Origin: a virus
Length of the DNA stretch: 64,000 nucleotides
IMG/VR virus record: IMGVR_UViG_3300021197_001902
Span: 26,733-90,732 of that record
Direction: 5' to 3' (one strand)
Both the position numbers and the translations under genes were made by a program. Of the stretch, positions 49,830-58,809 are shown piece after piece. The notes below the pieces were generated by a model. That model saw only the letters and a list, made by a program, of their open reading frames with translations. It made no database searches and was not told the DNA's origin. Positions within the stretch are counted from its first letter, which is position 1; each line of letters opens with the position of its first letter.

Positions 49830-50561
49830 TTATTGTTTAACTTTGCTTGCATCCGCGGCTGCTCGCTTCGACGACGACGCAATCAGTCTCTTCAACATCT
49901 GCTGTATAACAGGTCTATACTTAGAAAGATCGTCTTTTTCAGCGACATCAGTTAATATTTTTTCAATTTGCAACAGCATTGCTCTTTCTCTGGTGTCGAC
50001 ATCTTCTAGAGCGTCCCCGCTCGCAATTTGTTTAGATTTTTCTAATTCTGCTTTTGCCTGAGCCGACTTGCTGACTACCGATGTTCCAAAGCCCTTAAGG
50101 GTATCATCTTGTTCCTCAAGCCCAACACCGCCACCAAAATCAGCATAACCCATGCTGTATGCATTCATGGCGTTAGAACCGCCTGTTCCATATGGCTGTT
50201 GGCTCTTAGATGGAGCAACAACACGCTGGTCTGGCATCGGGTGTGCGCCAGCAGCCTCAAGATCATTGAGTGCCTTTCTAAGGCATGCGGACGCTTTAAA
50301 AGCATGCTCATAAGCGCCGTCATAGATGGGCTCATCCAAAGCTTCTACGAGCTTCTCTGTGGCTTCCCTGGCAACTAGCGCAATCTCATACATCTTGTTG
50401 GCATCTTCATCACCGCGGTCTTGCTCTGGTGTATCGACATCTGCGGCCGGCATTCGGTGCGGTACACCTTCGGGCGCTGATGGGCCCATAACTCCGCCGC
50501 CGACATCACCGCCGAGCGCTTCCCTAACCATGGATTCAAGTTGTTTATAGTCTATACTCAT
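49830..50561 (-). CDS. Hypothetical protein
   Basis: 243-aa ORF. Confidence 0.6.
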   Translation of the reverse strand: MSIDYKQLESMVREALGGDVGGGVMGPSAPEGVPHRMPAADVDTPEQDRGDEDANKMYEIALVAREATEKLVEALDEPIYDGAYEHAFKASACLRKALNDLEAAGAHPMPDQRVVAPSKSQQPYGTGGSNAMNAYSMGYADFGGGVGLEEQDDTLKGFGTSVVSKSAQAKAELEKSKQIASGDALEDVDTRERAMLLQIEKILTDVAEKDDLSKYRPVIQQMLKRLIASSSKRAAADASKVKQ

Positions 50562-50564
50562 TTT

Positions 50565-50807
50565 TTAACCCTTTGATGCGTGAAAGGCATCAAGAATCTC
50601 TTCGCAATGTGCTTTTGAGTCGCATTTACGCCAGATTCCGCCCTTTTTGTTGTTCATAATCACCCACTGGTCATTTTTTTTCTTGATACATCCCGGGCCG
50701 CCTTCGCTTTCAGCACAACCTTTGCCCTCGGCTTCATTTAGAGCTTCTAGTTCTTCTAAAACAAGTTCTCTAATTCTATCAACTAATGTTACAGTGAGTT
50801 CTCTCAT
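50565..50807 (-). CDS. Hypothetical protein
   Basis: 80 aa; CTAATTA motif upstream. Confidence 0.55.
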   Translation of the reverse strand: MRELTVTLVDRIRELVLEELEALNEAEGKGCAESEGGPGCIKKKNDQWVIMNNKKGGIWRKCDSKAHCEEILDAFHASKG

Positions 50808-50814
50808 ATGCTAA

Positions 50815-51933
50815 TTAGTCTTTTTTCTTCTGTAAACGTTTTGTTTTTTCTTTTGAAGTGGCTTTTCTCTTTTCCGCATAATCTAAAACTTTCTTCAACC
50901 TAGCTTTAGTTTTTGGATCTTTGGCATTCTGATAAGCCGATCGCACTCTTTGATGAACCAGATTTATAATTTGAGACTGCCGCTTGTGAGATTTTGATTT
51001 AAATGATGTTTTTGAGAAAGTATCTTTTACATCTTGGATGGTGCGAAATTTTACAGAGACTGTATCACTTGGATCCTCATCAGTATACAGACGCCGCCCG
51101 GAGCCTTTAGGTTTCTTACCGGTACCTTTTTTCGGCTCCGCGGCCTCTTGTAAACCATCAGGCTCCATATAAGGGTGATTCTTAAGATATATTCTCATTC
51201 CCTCGGGAATCTCCATGCCACCCTCTTGCAGTTCTTGAGATAAGTTATGGACCCACTTTGCTCGCAGCCTCTCTGTCTCTTCTCCGGGAACCTCTACTTT
51301 GACCCCCTGGATACCAGTATCGGCGAGAGCGTTAATTTCGTCTTGATCGTCATCCCAGTGTTTTATTATATTATAAGGCAGTCCCAGAAGCTTTGAAGTC
51401 TTAAGTTCGCCATCAGTATATTCAATAACCTCAACTGGGAGGTTTAGATCAGCTACCAACTCCTCCGGAGTCGGGGCATCATCCCAAGGTTTCTTCGGGC
51501 CCTTAAGCTTAAATCGCGATGTTACAATAATAACTTTATTGCCCTCTGCAGCAAGATCTTTGAGGATCTGGAGGTTTTCTTCGTGTGGGCCTAAATATAC
51601 AACATCGCCATCCTCTAAAGTCTGGTATCGAATAAGTGTGTTATCGAAATCAAAAGAATAGGCATTCTGGTTTTTTTCGCTCATATCAATCGCGTCGGAC
51701 TCAATCCAACCTTCTATGCCATCCACATTTATTAGTTTCCACTCAACTCCTTGGTCTTGCCAGCCACTAATTATTTCAACCTCTTGTCCTTCAACACCGG
51801 CCGTCGCAGTTTCCATATTTGAACTGTACAGTCCGTGTGTATACACTTCGCCGCTATGGTTCGAGTTTAGGACACCAATTCTCTTGTTGCTCTCAACGAT
51901 AAACTTCCGCCAGTTTTCAAGTAGGAGTTTCAT
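50815..51933 (-). CDS. Multi-domain protein: leader + SH3-like + HAD phosphatase + basic C-terminal domain
   Basis: FDFDNTL (DxDxT), IVTSR, HWDDD; MKLLLENWRKF leader. Confidence 0.65.
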   Translation of the reverse strand: MKLLLENWRKFIVESNKRIGVLNSNHSGEVYTHGLYSSNMETATAGVEGQEVEIISGWQDQGVEWKLINVDGIEGWIESDAIDMSEKNQNAYSFDFDNTLIRYQTLEDGDVVYLGPHEENLQILKDLAAEGNKVIIVTSRFKLKGPKKPWDDAPTPEELVADLNLPVEVIEYTDGELKTSKLLGLPYNIIKHWDDDQDEINALADTGIQGVKVEVPGEETERLRAKWVHNLSQELQEGGMEIPEGMRIYLKNHPYMEPDGLQEAAEPKKGTGKKPKGSGRRLYTDEDPSDTVSVKFRTIQDVKDTFSKTSFKSKSHKRQSQIINLVHQRVRSAYQNAKDPKTKARLKKVLDYAEKRKATSKEKTKRLQKKKD

Positions 51934-52385
51934 TCAAAACCCTTCCCGACAACCATAAACTCAGAAGACTTAAGAAAGGAAGGGTCAATCCCAGAATTAG
52001 AAAGTACATTGAAGACAAAGCTCCCACAATTTTCTGATTTTTTGTTTGGGTCATCGGTACGACAGATAATACCGTCTGGCACCTGTACACCTTTATCCAG
52101 CGATATCGTCTTAAAAAGCCCTGCTTCCTTGGCTTCCTGCGGGTCCTCCGGCAGGTGCTCAAATCCATCTTTGCGCATCTCTTCCCAAGTACTAATAACC
52201 GGTTCTACCATTTCACCGCGATGACCGGACATATCTTTCATTTTACCATTGGGAAGTAGAAAGCCTACGTGGTCCCATTTGTTATTTTTTACACCCCAAG
52301 GAGACTTAACAAAAAAGAGAGTGTCAGAAACATCAACTGCTTCTTCATTCAAATACTGTCGCCAGGTTTCAAGTAGGAGCTTCAT
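51930..52385 (-). CDS. Hypothetical protein, possibly permuted papain-like (NlpC/P60) fold
   Basis: MKLLLETWRQY leader; WDHVG followed later by NCGSFV (His before Cys). Confidence 0.45.
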   Translation of the reverse strand: MKLLLETWRQYLNEEAVDVSDTLFFVKSPWGVKNNKWDHVGFLLPNGKMKDMSGHRGEMVEPVISTWEEMRKDGFEHLPEDPQEAKEAGLFKTISLDKGVQVPDGIICRTDDPNKKSENCGSFVFNVLSNSGIDPSFLKSSEFMVVGKGFE

Positions 52386-52387
52386 TG

Positions 52388-52819
52388 CTACTCCTCATCA
52401 AATGAATTCTTATCTTGCCATTCGTGCGAAGTTTCGTCTGTCTCGATTGGTCCACCAGCTGCCCACGTATAGCATGTGCGAGCGCTGTGGCACTTAAAGT
52501 GATGCATCCAGCAATATCCAAGCCGGCCATCTTCATCTTCAGCCGGCCCGGGCATGCATTCCTCCATCCGCGGAGATATGTCAAATGCCACACAATTGCC
52601 ACAGTTGGACGCCTTTGCAACGTCGATGGTTGTATTCCAGTGATCTGCAGCTCTATCCCAGTAACTCTCATCCTCTAAGTTTAGCGGACCGTACTGAATA
52701 TGTTCAGCTTCAATTGCAGCGTTACGATTTTTAGTGTTAAGTTCAAGATCCTGTGTTGCAGGAGGGCAGATATACTTTTTAATCTTTTTTATAGCCTTGC
52801 CAATTCTTATTCTGATCAT
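52388..52819 (-). CDS. Cys-rich (HiPIP-like 4-Cys) protein
   Basis: CGNCVAF...GYCW....C....TCYTW; start MIRIRIG at 52819. Confidence 0.55.
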   Translation of the reverse strand: MIRIRIGKAIKKIKKYICPPATQDLELNTKNRNAAIEAEHIQYGPLNLEDESYWDRAADHWNTTIDVAKASNCGNCVAFDISPRMEECMPGPAEDEDGRLGYCWMHHFKCHSARTCYTWAAGGPIETDETSHEWQDKNSFDEE

Positions 52820-52914
52820 TTTTCTTCCCCCGCGTTCCAACAGCCACAGTTAGAACAGCACCGACCGATTGTAAGGTCTGCGAGCTTTCTAAGATATTTG
52901 ATTATAAAATTCAT
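52816..52914 (-). CDS. Small 32-aa Cys-rich ORF (not in track)
   Basis: MNFIIKYLRKLADLTIGRCCSNCGCWNAGEEK; ATGA overlap with the next gene. Confidence 0.4.
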   Translation of the reverse strand: MNFIIKYLRKLADLTIGRCCSNCGCWNAGEEK

Positions 52915-52917
52915 AGT

Positions 52918-53952
52918 TTACCACTTCTTGCAAGACCAGTACCTGGCCTTCGTCTTGGGTCCTGGGTTGTCGCAGTTATGGCGGGCCCGGAAGTTCTTCC
53001 TGGCCTTGGGGTTGCTCTTGCGGATCTTCATTGTCTTTTCGCCCTTAGCCTTGGCACTTGATCCGCCATGGCCAAAGTTAACCTTTTTTATATTTCCAGT
53101 TGACGGATCCTTGACATAAACTTTGAATTTCTTGACATCTCCACGTGTGGGCTTGTTAAGTGTTACCTTACGCCCCTGGTACTCTGCCTCGTAGACAAGA
53201 TCTGGGCACCCGCAGGTCGCGGTATCAAGCTGTTCCATTAGACACGCCACGCAGACAGCAGTGCCATCGTCTAAGTGAGCCTCAGTCAGGTGTGGGAAAA
53301 TATCTCTTTCAAGAAGATAACGCTCCGTTTCCTCTGTGATCAGAGCACCAACATCAAGAACCTGAACTGTCTTCATCTCATTCTTCTTGGCTTTCTTGCC
53401 CCAAGACTTGCCTTTGCCACGCTCTTTACAAGCGCCCGGAGTTGGTCGACAGGCAGGATATTTGCCTCGCTTTTCGCCCTTTTCGCGACCACAAGATTTA
53501 TAACCACCGTCACCGTCTGGTGCATTGCAATCAACCCAACCGCTCTTAGAGCCCTTGGCGCCTTTGCGGCCGAACCAGTCTCGTAGGCTACTTTCTTTGC
53601 TGGACTCTGTACCAGCCTTCTTCTTTTTAGCTTCTTCAAGAAGATCTTCATACTCTGTGTTTTCTGCTAGGGCAACGTCTTCAATCTCTTCTTTGACACC
53701 CTTCCAGATCTTCCCTGCTCGACAGCGCACTACAGCGCCGGATGCATATGCAGACGGCCAAACATCATATTTACGTTTAGCGATTCTTGTACAACGATCA
53801 TCTTTTTCTTCGATGACCTCTTCTTCAAGGGGTACACAGTTAGGGACCATTTTGTCGCCCTTCTTTTTCATTCCCACCTTTTTGTAGCCATCCCAACACG
53901 GATCCGCTGCCTCTTCGAGGTAAGTCTTCCAGTCTTCAAATAAGTGTTCCAT
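52918..53952 (-). CDS. Modular basic phage protein (DUF5872-/DUF6321-like modules)
   Basis: CWDGYK...VPNCVP; SAYASGAVVRCR; SLRDWF..YPACRP; RKNFRARHNC..ARYWSCKKW. Confidence 0.65.
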   Translation of the reverse strand: MEHLFEDWKTYLEEAADPCWDGYKKVGMKKKGDKMVPNCVPLEEEVIEEKDDRCTRIAKRKYDVWPSAYASGAVVRCRAGKIWKGVKEEIEDVALAENTEYEDLLEEAKKKKAGTESSKESSLRDWFGRKGAKGSKSGWVDCNAPDGDGGYKSCGREKGEKRGKYPACRPTPGACKERGKGKSWGKKAKKNEMKTVQVLDVGALITEETERYLLERDIFPHLTEAHLDDGTAVCVACLMEQLDTATCGCPDLVYEAEYQGRKVTLNKPTRGDVKKFKVYVKDPSTGNIKKVNFGHGGSSAKAKGEKTMKIRKSNPKARKNFRARHNCDNPGPKTKARYWSCKKW

Positions 53953-53969
53953 ACTATAAATAGTATATA

Positions 53970-54371
53970 TTAAGTGAAATCTTTCGGGTCTCTATATCTC
54001 AGACGCACTTTCTCAGAAATTGGGATAGCTTCTCCATCACCATCGATTCGAACGAAGGTCATCTCAGTACACACCACCGCCCGTTGAGTGCCATTGTACA
54101 CAGAGTGTCTTCTGGCCTCCATAGCCAGCGTTAGAGACGTTTTACCGACCTTAGCCACCTCTCCATATATCTTGATGATTTGACCGGGCCTAGCGGGCCT
54201 CTCAAAGGTCATACTAGCGATATGTTTGGTAACCATTCGTGGTGTGTCAGCAACTTGAGCAGCAAAGGCCGCCGCAGCCTCATCCAGCCATGCCATCATA
54301 ATACCTCCGAAGAGATTACCATGATATCCTACATCATTCTTCTTTACGAAGTGTGTTGATATCAATTCCAT
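53970..54371 (-). CDS. Acyl-CoA thioesterase (hotdog, YciA-like)
   Basis: HGNLFGGIMMAWLDEAA, VGKTS, TFVRID. Confidence 0.88.
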   Translation of the reverse strand: MELISTHFVKKNDVGYHGNLFGGIMMAWLDEAAAAFAAQVADTPRMVTKHIASMTFERPARPGQIIKIYGEVAKVGKTSLTLAMEARRHSVYNGTQRAVVCTEMTFVRIDGDGEAIPISEKVRLRYRDPKDFT

Positions 54372-54540
54372 TATTCTTTTCTTTCTTGTTCAACAATTCT
54401 TTATTAATCTTTTTAATTTGTTTGCAAGCGCCGGTCTCTTTGCAAAGCACATCAAGTCGCAACTGAAGCTGTTCCACCTTTAAAACTAGTTCTGAAAGAG
54501 CGTTATTAAGTACTTCAATGGTGCTTTTCTTAGAGTCCAT
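54334..54540 (-). CDS. Small coiled-coil protein
   Basis: 68-aa ORF overlapping both neighbours. Confidence 0.45.
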   Translation of the reverse strand: MDSKKSTIEVLNNALSELVLKVEQLQLRLDVLCKETGACKQIKKINKELLNKKEKNNGIDINTLRKEE

Positions 54541-55207
54541 TTTCTTCTATCTCCAGAATCATATTATAGTGCGCGTTAGCAACTGCTTGTCTAACATTTG
54601 GGTCCAAAAGAAGTGTGGCATCGTCAAAGTTCGTCATGAACCCGTTCTCAGACAGAACCGCGGGCATACGAGTCTTTCTTAAAACGTAGAAGTTTGCCCA
54701 TGTTTCATTTGCTCTGATTCCCCTATCTCTAAACGGTGTCAAATCTGATAGCCACTTTTGCAAACTTGTCGCTAGAACCTTACCGGTTTTGCTTTTGTGG
54801 TAATAGAAAGTGCAGGTACCCTTAGCTTTGTTAAAGTCTCTACCGTTACCAAATGCATTGGCGTGGACAGAAACATAGATACAGTTTTTCTTTTCAGCGT
54901 GTATCTGATTTGCTGAGTTAACACGAACCCTAAGAGGGGTGTCTTCTTCTGTGTTGACTAGATTGACGGCATCGACCGCATGAAAGGCCCAACTCTTCTT
55001 CCTTTTAAGCGCAACTTCAAGCTTGCCGCCTTCTCCCCATCTGCCAGAGCACAAATCCATTATTCGTGCGACAACATCTCTATTAAATTCGCCCTCGTAC
55101 AAGCGCGAGCCATCTGGAAACTCTGGAGATCTCTTTCCGGCTGTTTGATAAACACCATCAATAAAACCACCATGCCCAGGGTCTAATAACCAAGTATAAC
55201 GTGACAT
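54530..55207 (-). CDS. N-acetylmuramoyl-L-alanine amidase (Amidase_3), probable endolysin
   Basis: LDPGHGG, E..N, SVHANA, FYVLR, PAVLSENGFMTN. Confidence 0.9.
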   Translation of the reverse strand: MSRYTWLLDPGHGGFIDGVYQTAGKRSPEFPDGSRLYEGEFNRDVVARIMDLCSGRWGEGGKLEVALKRKKSWAFHAVDAVNLVNTEEDTPLRVRVNSANQIHAEKKNCIYVSVHANAFGNGRDFNKAKGTCTFYYHKSKTGKVLATSLQKWLSDLTPFRDRGIRANETWANFYVLRKTRMPAVLSENGFMTNFDDATLLLDPNVRQAVANAHYNMILEIEENGL

Positions 55208-55224
55208 TCTTCAACCACTCCCAG

Positions 55225-55725
55225 TTATAAATACTCTTCCCAGAGCAAATTCGCACCAGCAATACGTTTTTTCATCATCAGTCGATAAGCTGGCTTTTTT
55301 GGTAGAGTCTCCAAAATAACTGGTGAATCCTGAAGGAGATGGCTAGCTTTTTTCTGATTACATGGCTTGCACGCGGCTACAACATTATCCCACTGATGCT
55401 TTCCACCTTTTGATCGTGGTATAACATGATCAATTGTTAAATCTTCTTGTGGAAACCGATTTTTGCAATATTGGCATATGTTGTTGTCTCTTAAGGCAAT
55501 ATTTTTGCGATTGCAGTTGATTGTAAAGAATTTTTCGTCAATAAACTTCTTTAATGCGATAATAGCCGGGATCTGAAAACTCTCTCTCGCAGAACTAACC
55601 CACATATCGGTATATTCCACTGCCCAAGCCTTTCCAACATAGGTTAAAAGAAAAGCTTCTTGCCAAGAGATGACCTCAATTGGCTTGAAAGAAGAATCAA
55701 GTTTTAAAACGTTTATACTGTCCAT
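55225..55725 (-). CDS. HNH endonuclease (McrA/HNH_5-like)
   Basis: RDNNICQYC, TIDHVIPRSKGG, NVVAACKPCN. Confidence 0.9.
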   Translation of the reverse strand: MDSINVLKLDSSFKPIEVISWQEAFLLTYVGKAWAVEYTDMWVSSARESFQIPAIIALKKFIDEKFFTINCNRKNIALRDNNICQYCKNRFPQEDLTIDHVIPRSKGGKHQWDNVVAACKPCNQKKASHLLQDSPVILETLPKKPAYRLMMKKRIAGANLLWEEYL

Positions 55726-55729
55726 TGAA

Positions 55730-56179
55730 TCATAGTTTCGGTCTGCTCTCAATGTAACTAGAGAAGATTTTGTCTATGAAGGGGTACATTCCCGAAAAAT
55801 TCCATTTTGGCTTCAGGTGATGCATGGTGTGATGGTAGTAAGAGTGCCGATAGTGCTTTCCACGATGGATAGCGAGGTGGTTATACGCATAGTAAAGAGA
55901 AAAGCTCAGTAACCCCACAGCAAATGAAAAAGAAATCCAGGCTACTCCAATATAAACCAATGTAAAAAAGAATCTTGCCCACTTAGGCATCACTATATAA
56001 GTTGGCAGCCGCGCCCCCCATGCATGCTTGTGATGCATCGCGTGATAGTGTACTAGAGGCCTCAAAACCTTAGTTTTACCCAACCGGCCATGAAAAACAA
56101 ACCGATGATTAAGGTAAACGAGCAGTGCTGCTGCAAAGTGTCCGACAAAAATCAAAGATAGTACTTGAAGTATTAGCAT
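55730..56179 (-). CDS. Sterol desaturase / fatty-acid hydroxylase superfamily membrane protein
   Basis: His boxes HRFVFH, HAMHH, HLAIH, HHTMHH; TM helices. Confidence 0.8.
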   Translation of the reverse strand: MLILQVLSLIFVGHFAAALLVYLNHRFVFHGRLGKTKVLRPLVHYHAMHHKHAWGARLPTYIVMPKWARFFFTLVYIGVAWISFSFAVGLLSFSLYYAYNHLAIHRGKHYRHSYYHHTMHHLKPKWNFSGMYPFIDKIFSSYIESRPKL

Positions 56180-56256
56180 ATTTGTATTATACTGTTAGAA
56201 ACAGAAAAACTAAAATGTTTTTAGGCTTTTGTGCCCATTAGGAAAGTATTTAGTGC

Positions 56257-57504
56257 ATGAGCGTATTCCGCAAACACAAATCCATTGTCGACCGAGCCGC
56301 GAGTGATCGCGATCGCCACAAAAAGAAGATTGATAAGGCGATTAAAGAGTCTATCAAGGATGTAATAGCTGAAGAGTCAATTATTGGACAAAATGGCAAA
56401 AAAAAGATCCGAATTCCCGTACGCGGCCTTAAAGAATATCGATTTGTCTATGGATCGGGCGAAAAAAACCAAACGGTGGGTTCAGCCGGCGATCATTCCG
56501 TAAAAAGAGGCCAAAAAATAGGCAAAAAAAGAGCCCAGAAAGGTCAGGGCCAGGGTGGTGGCAAGGCCAGCGATAAAAAAGGTGATGAATATTATGATGT
56601 AGAAGTTTCTCTCGAAGAACTGGCTGAATATCTCTTTGCTGATCTAGAATTGCCCGATTTGGAGAAAAAACAGTTCCGTTTTGTTACCCAAGAAACAATA
56701 AAACGTAAAGGGTACCGCTTTCAGGGCATCAGACCTCGACTTTCTAAGAAAGAAACACTAAAAAGAAAGATTCGCCGCCAAAAAATGGCTGAAAAATTGG
56801 GAACGTACGACCCGGAAGGTGAAGAACGGTTCCCATTCCACAATTCTGATCTAAAATACCACCACATTAAGCCAAAAGACAAGGAAAACAGCGCCGCCGT
56901 CATCTTTTTCCTGATGGATGTATCCGGGTCGATGTCTCAAGCAAGAAAATATCTTGCAAGAAGCTTCTTTTTCCTTCTATATCAGTTTCTTAACCATCGA
57001 TATGAGCGAGTTGAAGTAGTTTTCATCTCTCATTCGACAATCGCAGAACGTGTCAATGAAGATGATTTTTTTAAAGTCGGAACTTTTGGTGGTACCATTG
57101 TTTCGAGTGCTTTGGAGAGAGAGCTTGACATAATTGACAAGGAGTATCACCCAAATACTTGGAATATTTATACTTTTTACTGTGGTGATGGCGAAAATTG
57201 GGCCTCGGACAACGAAAAATGTGTTGATATGTTCAAAAAAGTTAAGGAAGTGAGTCAACTGACAGCTTATTGTGAGATTAATGAGAACTATGAGGGACTT
57301 GACGACGATGCATTACACGACGACAGTAAGTTTAAGACAAGTCCATGGGCTAATTTTTCTGCTTGGAAGAACGAAAACTTGGAAAATCTATGGACGCGCA
57401 TGCGACCTATATGTGACAACACCTTCAAAAGAGTCATGATAGGTGAACCTGATCATATATGGAAAGCGTTTACTACGCTTTTCGGGGGAGGTAAACAAAA
57501 ATGA
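56257..57504 (+). CDS. yeaH: YeaH/YhbH (DUF444) VWA-domain protein
   Basis: EYRFVYG, LELPDL, FFLMDVSGSM (MIDAS), GGTIVSSAL, WNIY..CGDGENW. Confidence 0.9.
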   Translation: MSVFRKHKSIVDRAASDRDRHKKKIDKAIKESIKDVIAEESIIGQNGKKKIRIPVRGLKEYRFVYGSGEKNQTVGSAGDHSVKRGQKIGKKRAQKGQGQGGGKASDKKGDEYYDVEVSLEELAEYLFADLELPDLEKKQFRFVTQETIKRKGYRFQGIRPRLSKKETLKRKIRRQKMAEKLGTYDPEGEERFPFHNSDLKYHHIKPKDKENSAAVIFFLMDVSGSMSQARKYLARSFFFLLYQFLNHRYERVEVVFISHSTIAERVNEDDFFKVGTFGGTIVSSALERELDIIDKEYHPNTWNIYTFYCGDGENWASDNEKCVDMFKKVKEVSQLTAYCEINENYEGLDDDALHDDSKFKTSPWANFSAWKNENLENLWTRMRPICDNTFKRVMIGEPDHIWKAFTTLFGGGKQK

Positions 57505-58808
57505 GTAATTGGACAGTTTCAGACTTAGAAAAATGGGACGAAAAGATATGTCAGGTAGGTAAAGATTTTGGATTGGATTGGTTTCCAATCGATTATGAGA
57601 TCATTGACTATGCCGAGATGCTTGGAGCCATGGCCTATACTGGTCTCCCAACTCATTATCGCCACTGGTCGTTCGGAAAAGAGTACGAAAGAACTCACAC
57701 ACTATACAACATGGGGCAAACGGGCCTTCCGTATGAGATGATTATCAACTCAAACCCTAGTATCGCATATCTAATGAGGGAAAACGCTCTTTACATTCAC
57801 ATTTTAACTATGTCGCACTGTGTAGGTCACAGCGATTTCTTCAAAATGAATAGAATGTTTGAGCACACAGACCCTGATAACATTATTACCAGCTTTAAAT
57901 CAGCCGGTAAGTACGTTCGACAGCTAATTGAAGACCCTTCAATCGGTATTGACAAGGTAGAAAGAATCTTGGATGCAGCGCATTCGATCAAATATCAGGT
58001 ACCACGTTTTCCCGGCATTAAATATAAAACAAGAGATCGCATAATTGAGATCGAAAAAGACAAGATGGCTGACAACCCAGGCTACAAACCAGATCTGGCC
58101 AAGAATCCATTACGTCCTGAATACAATTTAATTCGATTCATTGCGGAACATAGCAAGCACCTACAAGAGTGGGAGAGAAACCTAATTCTTATTGTGGAAG
58201 AGTCCTCAAAGTATTTTATCCCTCAAGCCCTTACAAAAGTGATGAACGAAGGTTGGGCATGCACCATTCATCAAAAGATTATTAATGAACTGAATCTGCC
58301 TGATAGCCTTTATCTTCCTTTTGTCAAGCTTCACAACCAAGTGATTCGCCCCCATCTTGGGCAACTTAATCCTTATCACTTGGGATATACTCTCTTTCAA
58401 AAGATTATTGAAGAAAAAGGTTTCGAGGAGGCCATGACAATTCGTGAGGTTCACAATGATATAACGTTTCTTCGCTTTTATACTGATGAAGAATTCATGC
58501 GGGAGCATAATTATTTTAGTTACTCTTTTGATAAGAAACAGCAAAGCAGCACAGTCGATGATATATCTGACGAAGGCGGCTGGGAAAGTGTACGAGATGC
58601 CATGATTACCAACGTGGGTCTTAATAGAGTACCAGTGGTATTTGTGGACGAAATTGAAAAAGACAATACTTTAGCAATTGTTCATGAACACGACGGTCGA
58701 GATTTAGAAATGAATTACGCTCGAAAGGTATTTGAAAATATCAAAGTACTTTGGGGCGATGAGGTGAAATTAATCACCATAGTGGAAGACGAAATATGGG
58801 AGTTTTAG
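57501..58808 (+). CDS. spoVR: SpoVR/YcgB family protein
   Basis: YRHWSFGK, YEMIINSNP, HCVGHSDFF, TKVMNEGWA, NPYHLG, HDGRDL. Confidence 0.92.
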   Translation: MSNWTVSDLEKWDEKICQVGKDFGLDWFPIDYEIIDYAEMLGAMAYTGLPTHYRHWSFGKEYERTHTLYNMGQTGLPYEMIINSNPSIAYLMRENALYIHILTMSHCVGHSDFFKMNRMFEHTDPDNIITSFKSAGKYVRQLIEDPSIGIDKVERILDAAHSIKYQVPRFPGIKYKTRDRIIEIEKDKMADNPGYKPDLAKNPLRPEYNLIRFIAEHSKHLQEWERNLILIVEESSKYFIPQALTKVMNEGWACTIHQKIINELNLPDSLYLPFVKLHNQVIRPHLGQLNPYHLGYTLFQKIIEEKGFEEAMTIREVHNDITFLRFYTDEEFMREHNYFSYSFDKKQQSSTVDDISDEGGWESVRDAMITNVGLNRVPVVFVDEIEKDNTLAIVHEHDGRDLEMNYARKVFENIKVLWGDEVKLITIVEDEIWEF

Positions 58809-58809
58809 C

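Noticed and set aside
55225-55725. HNH as an RNA-guided or intron-encoded nuclease
   Set aside because: No adjacent non-coding space for a guide RNA and no interrupted host gene; looks like a common standalone HNH
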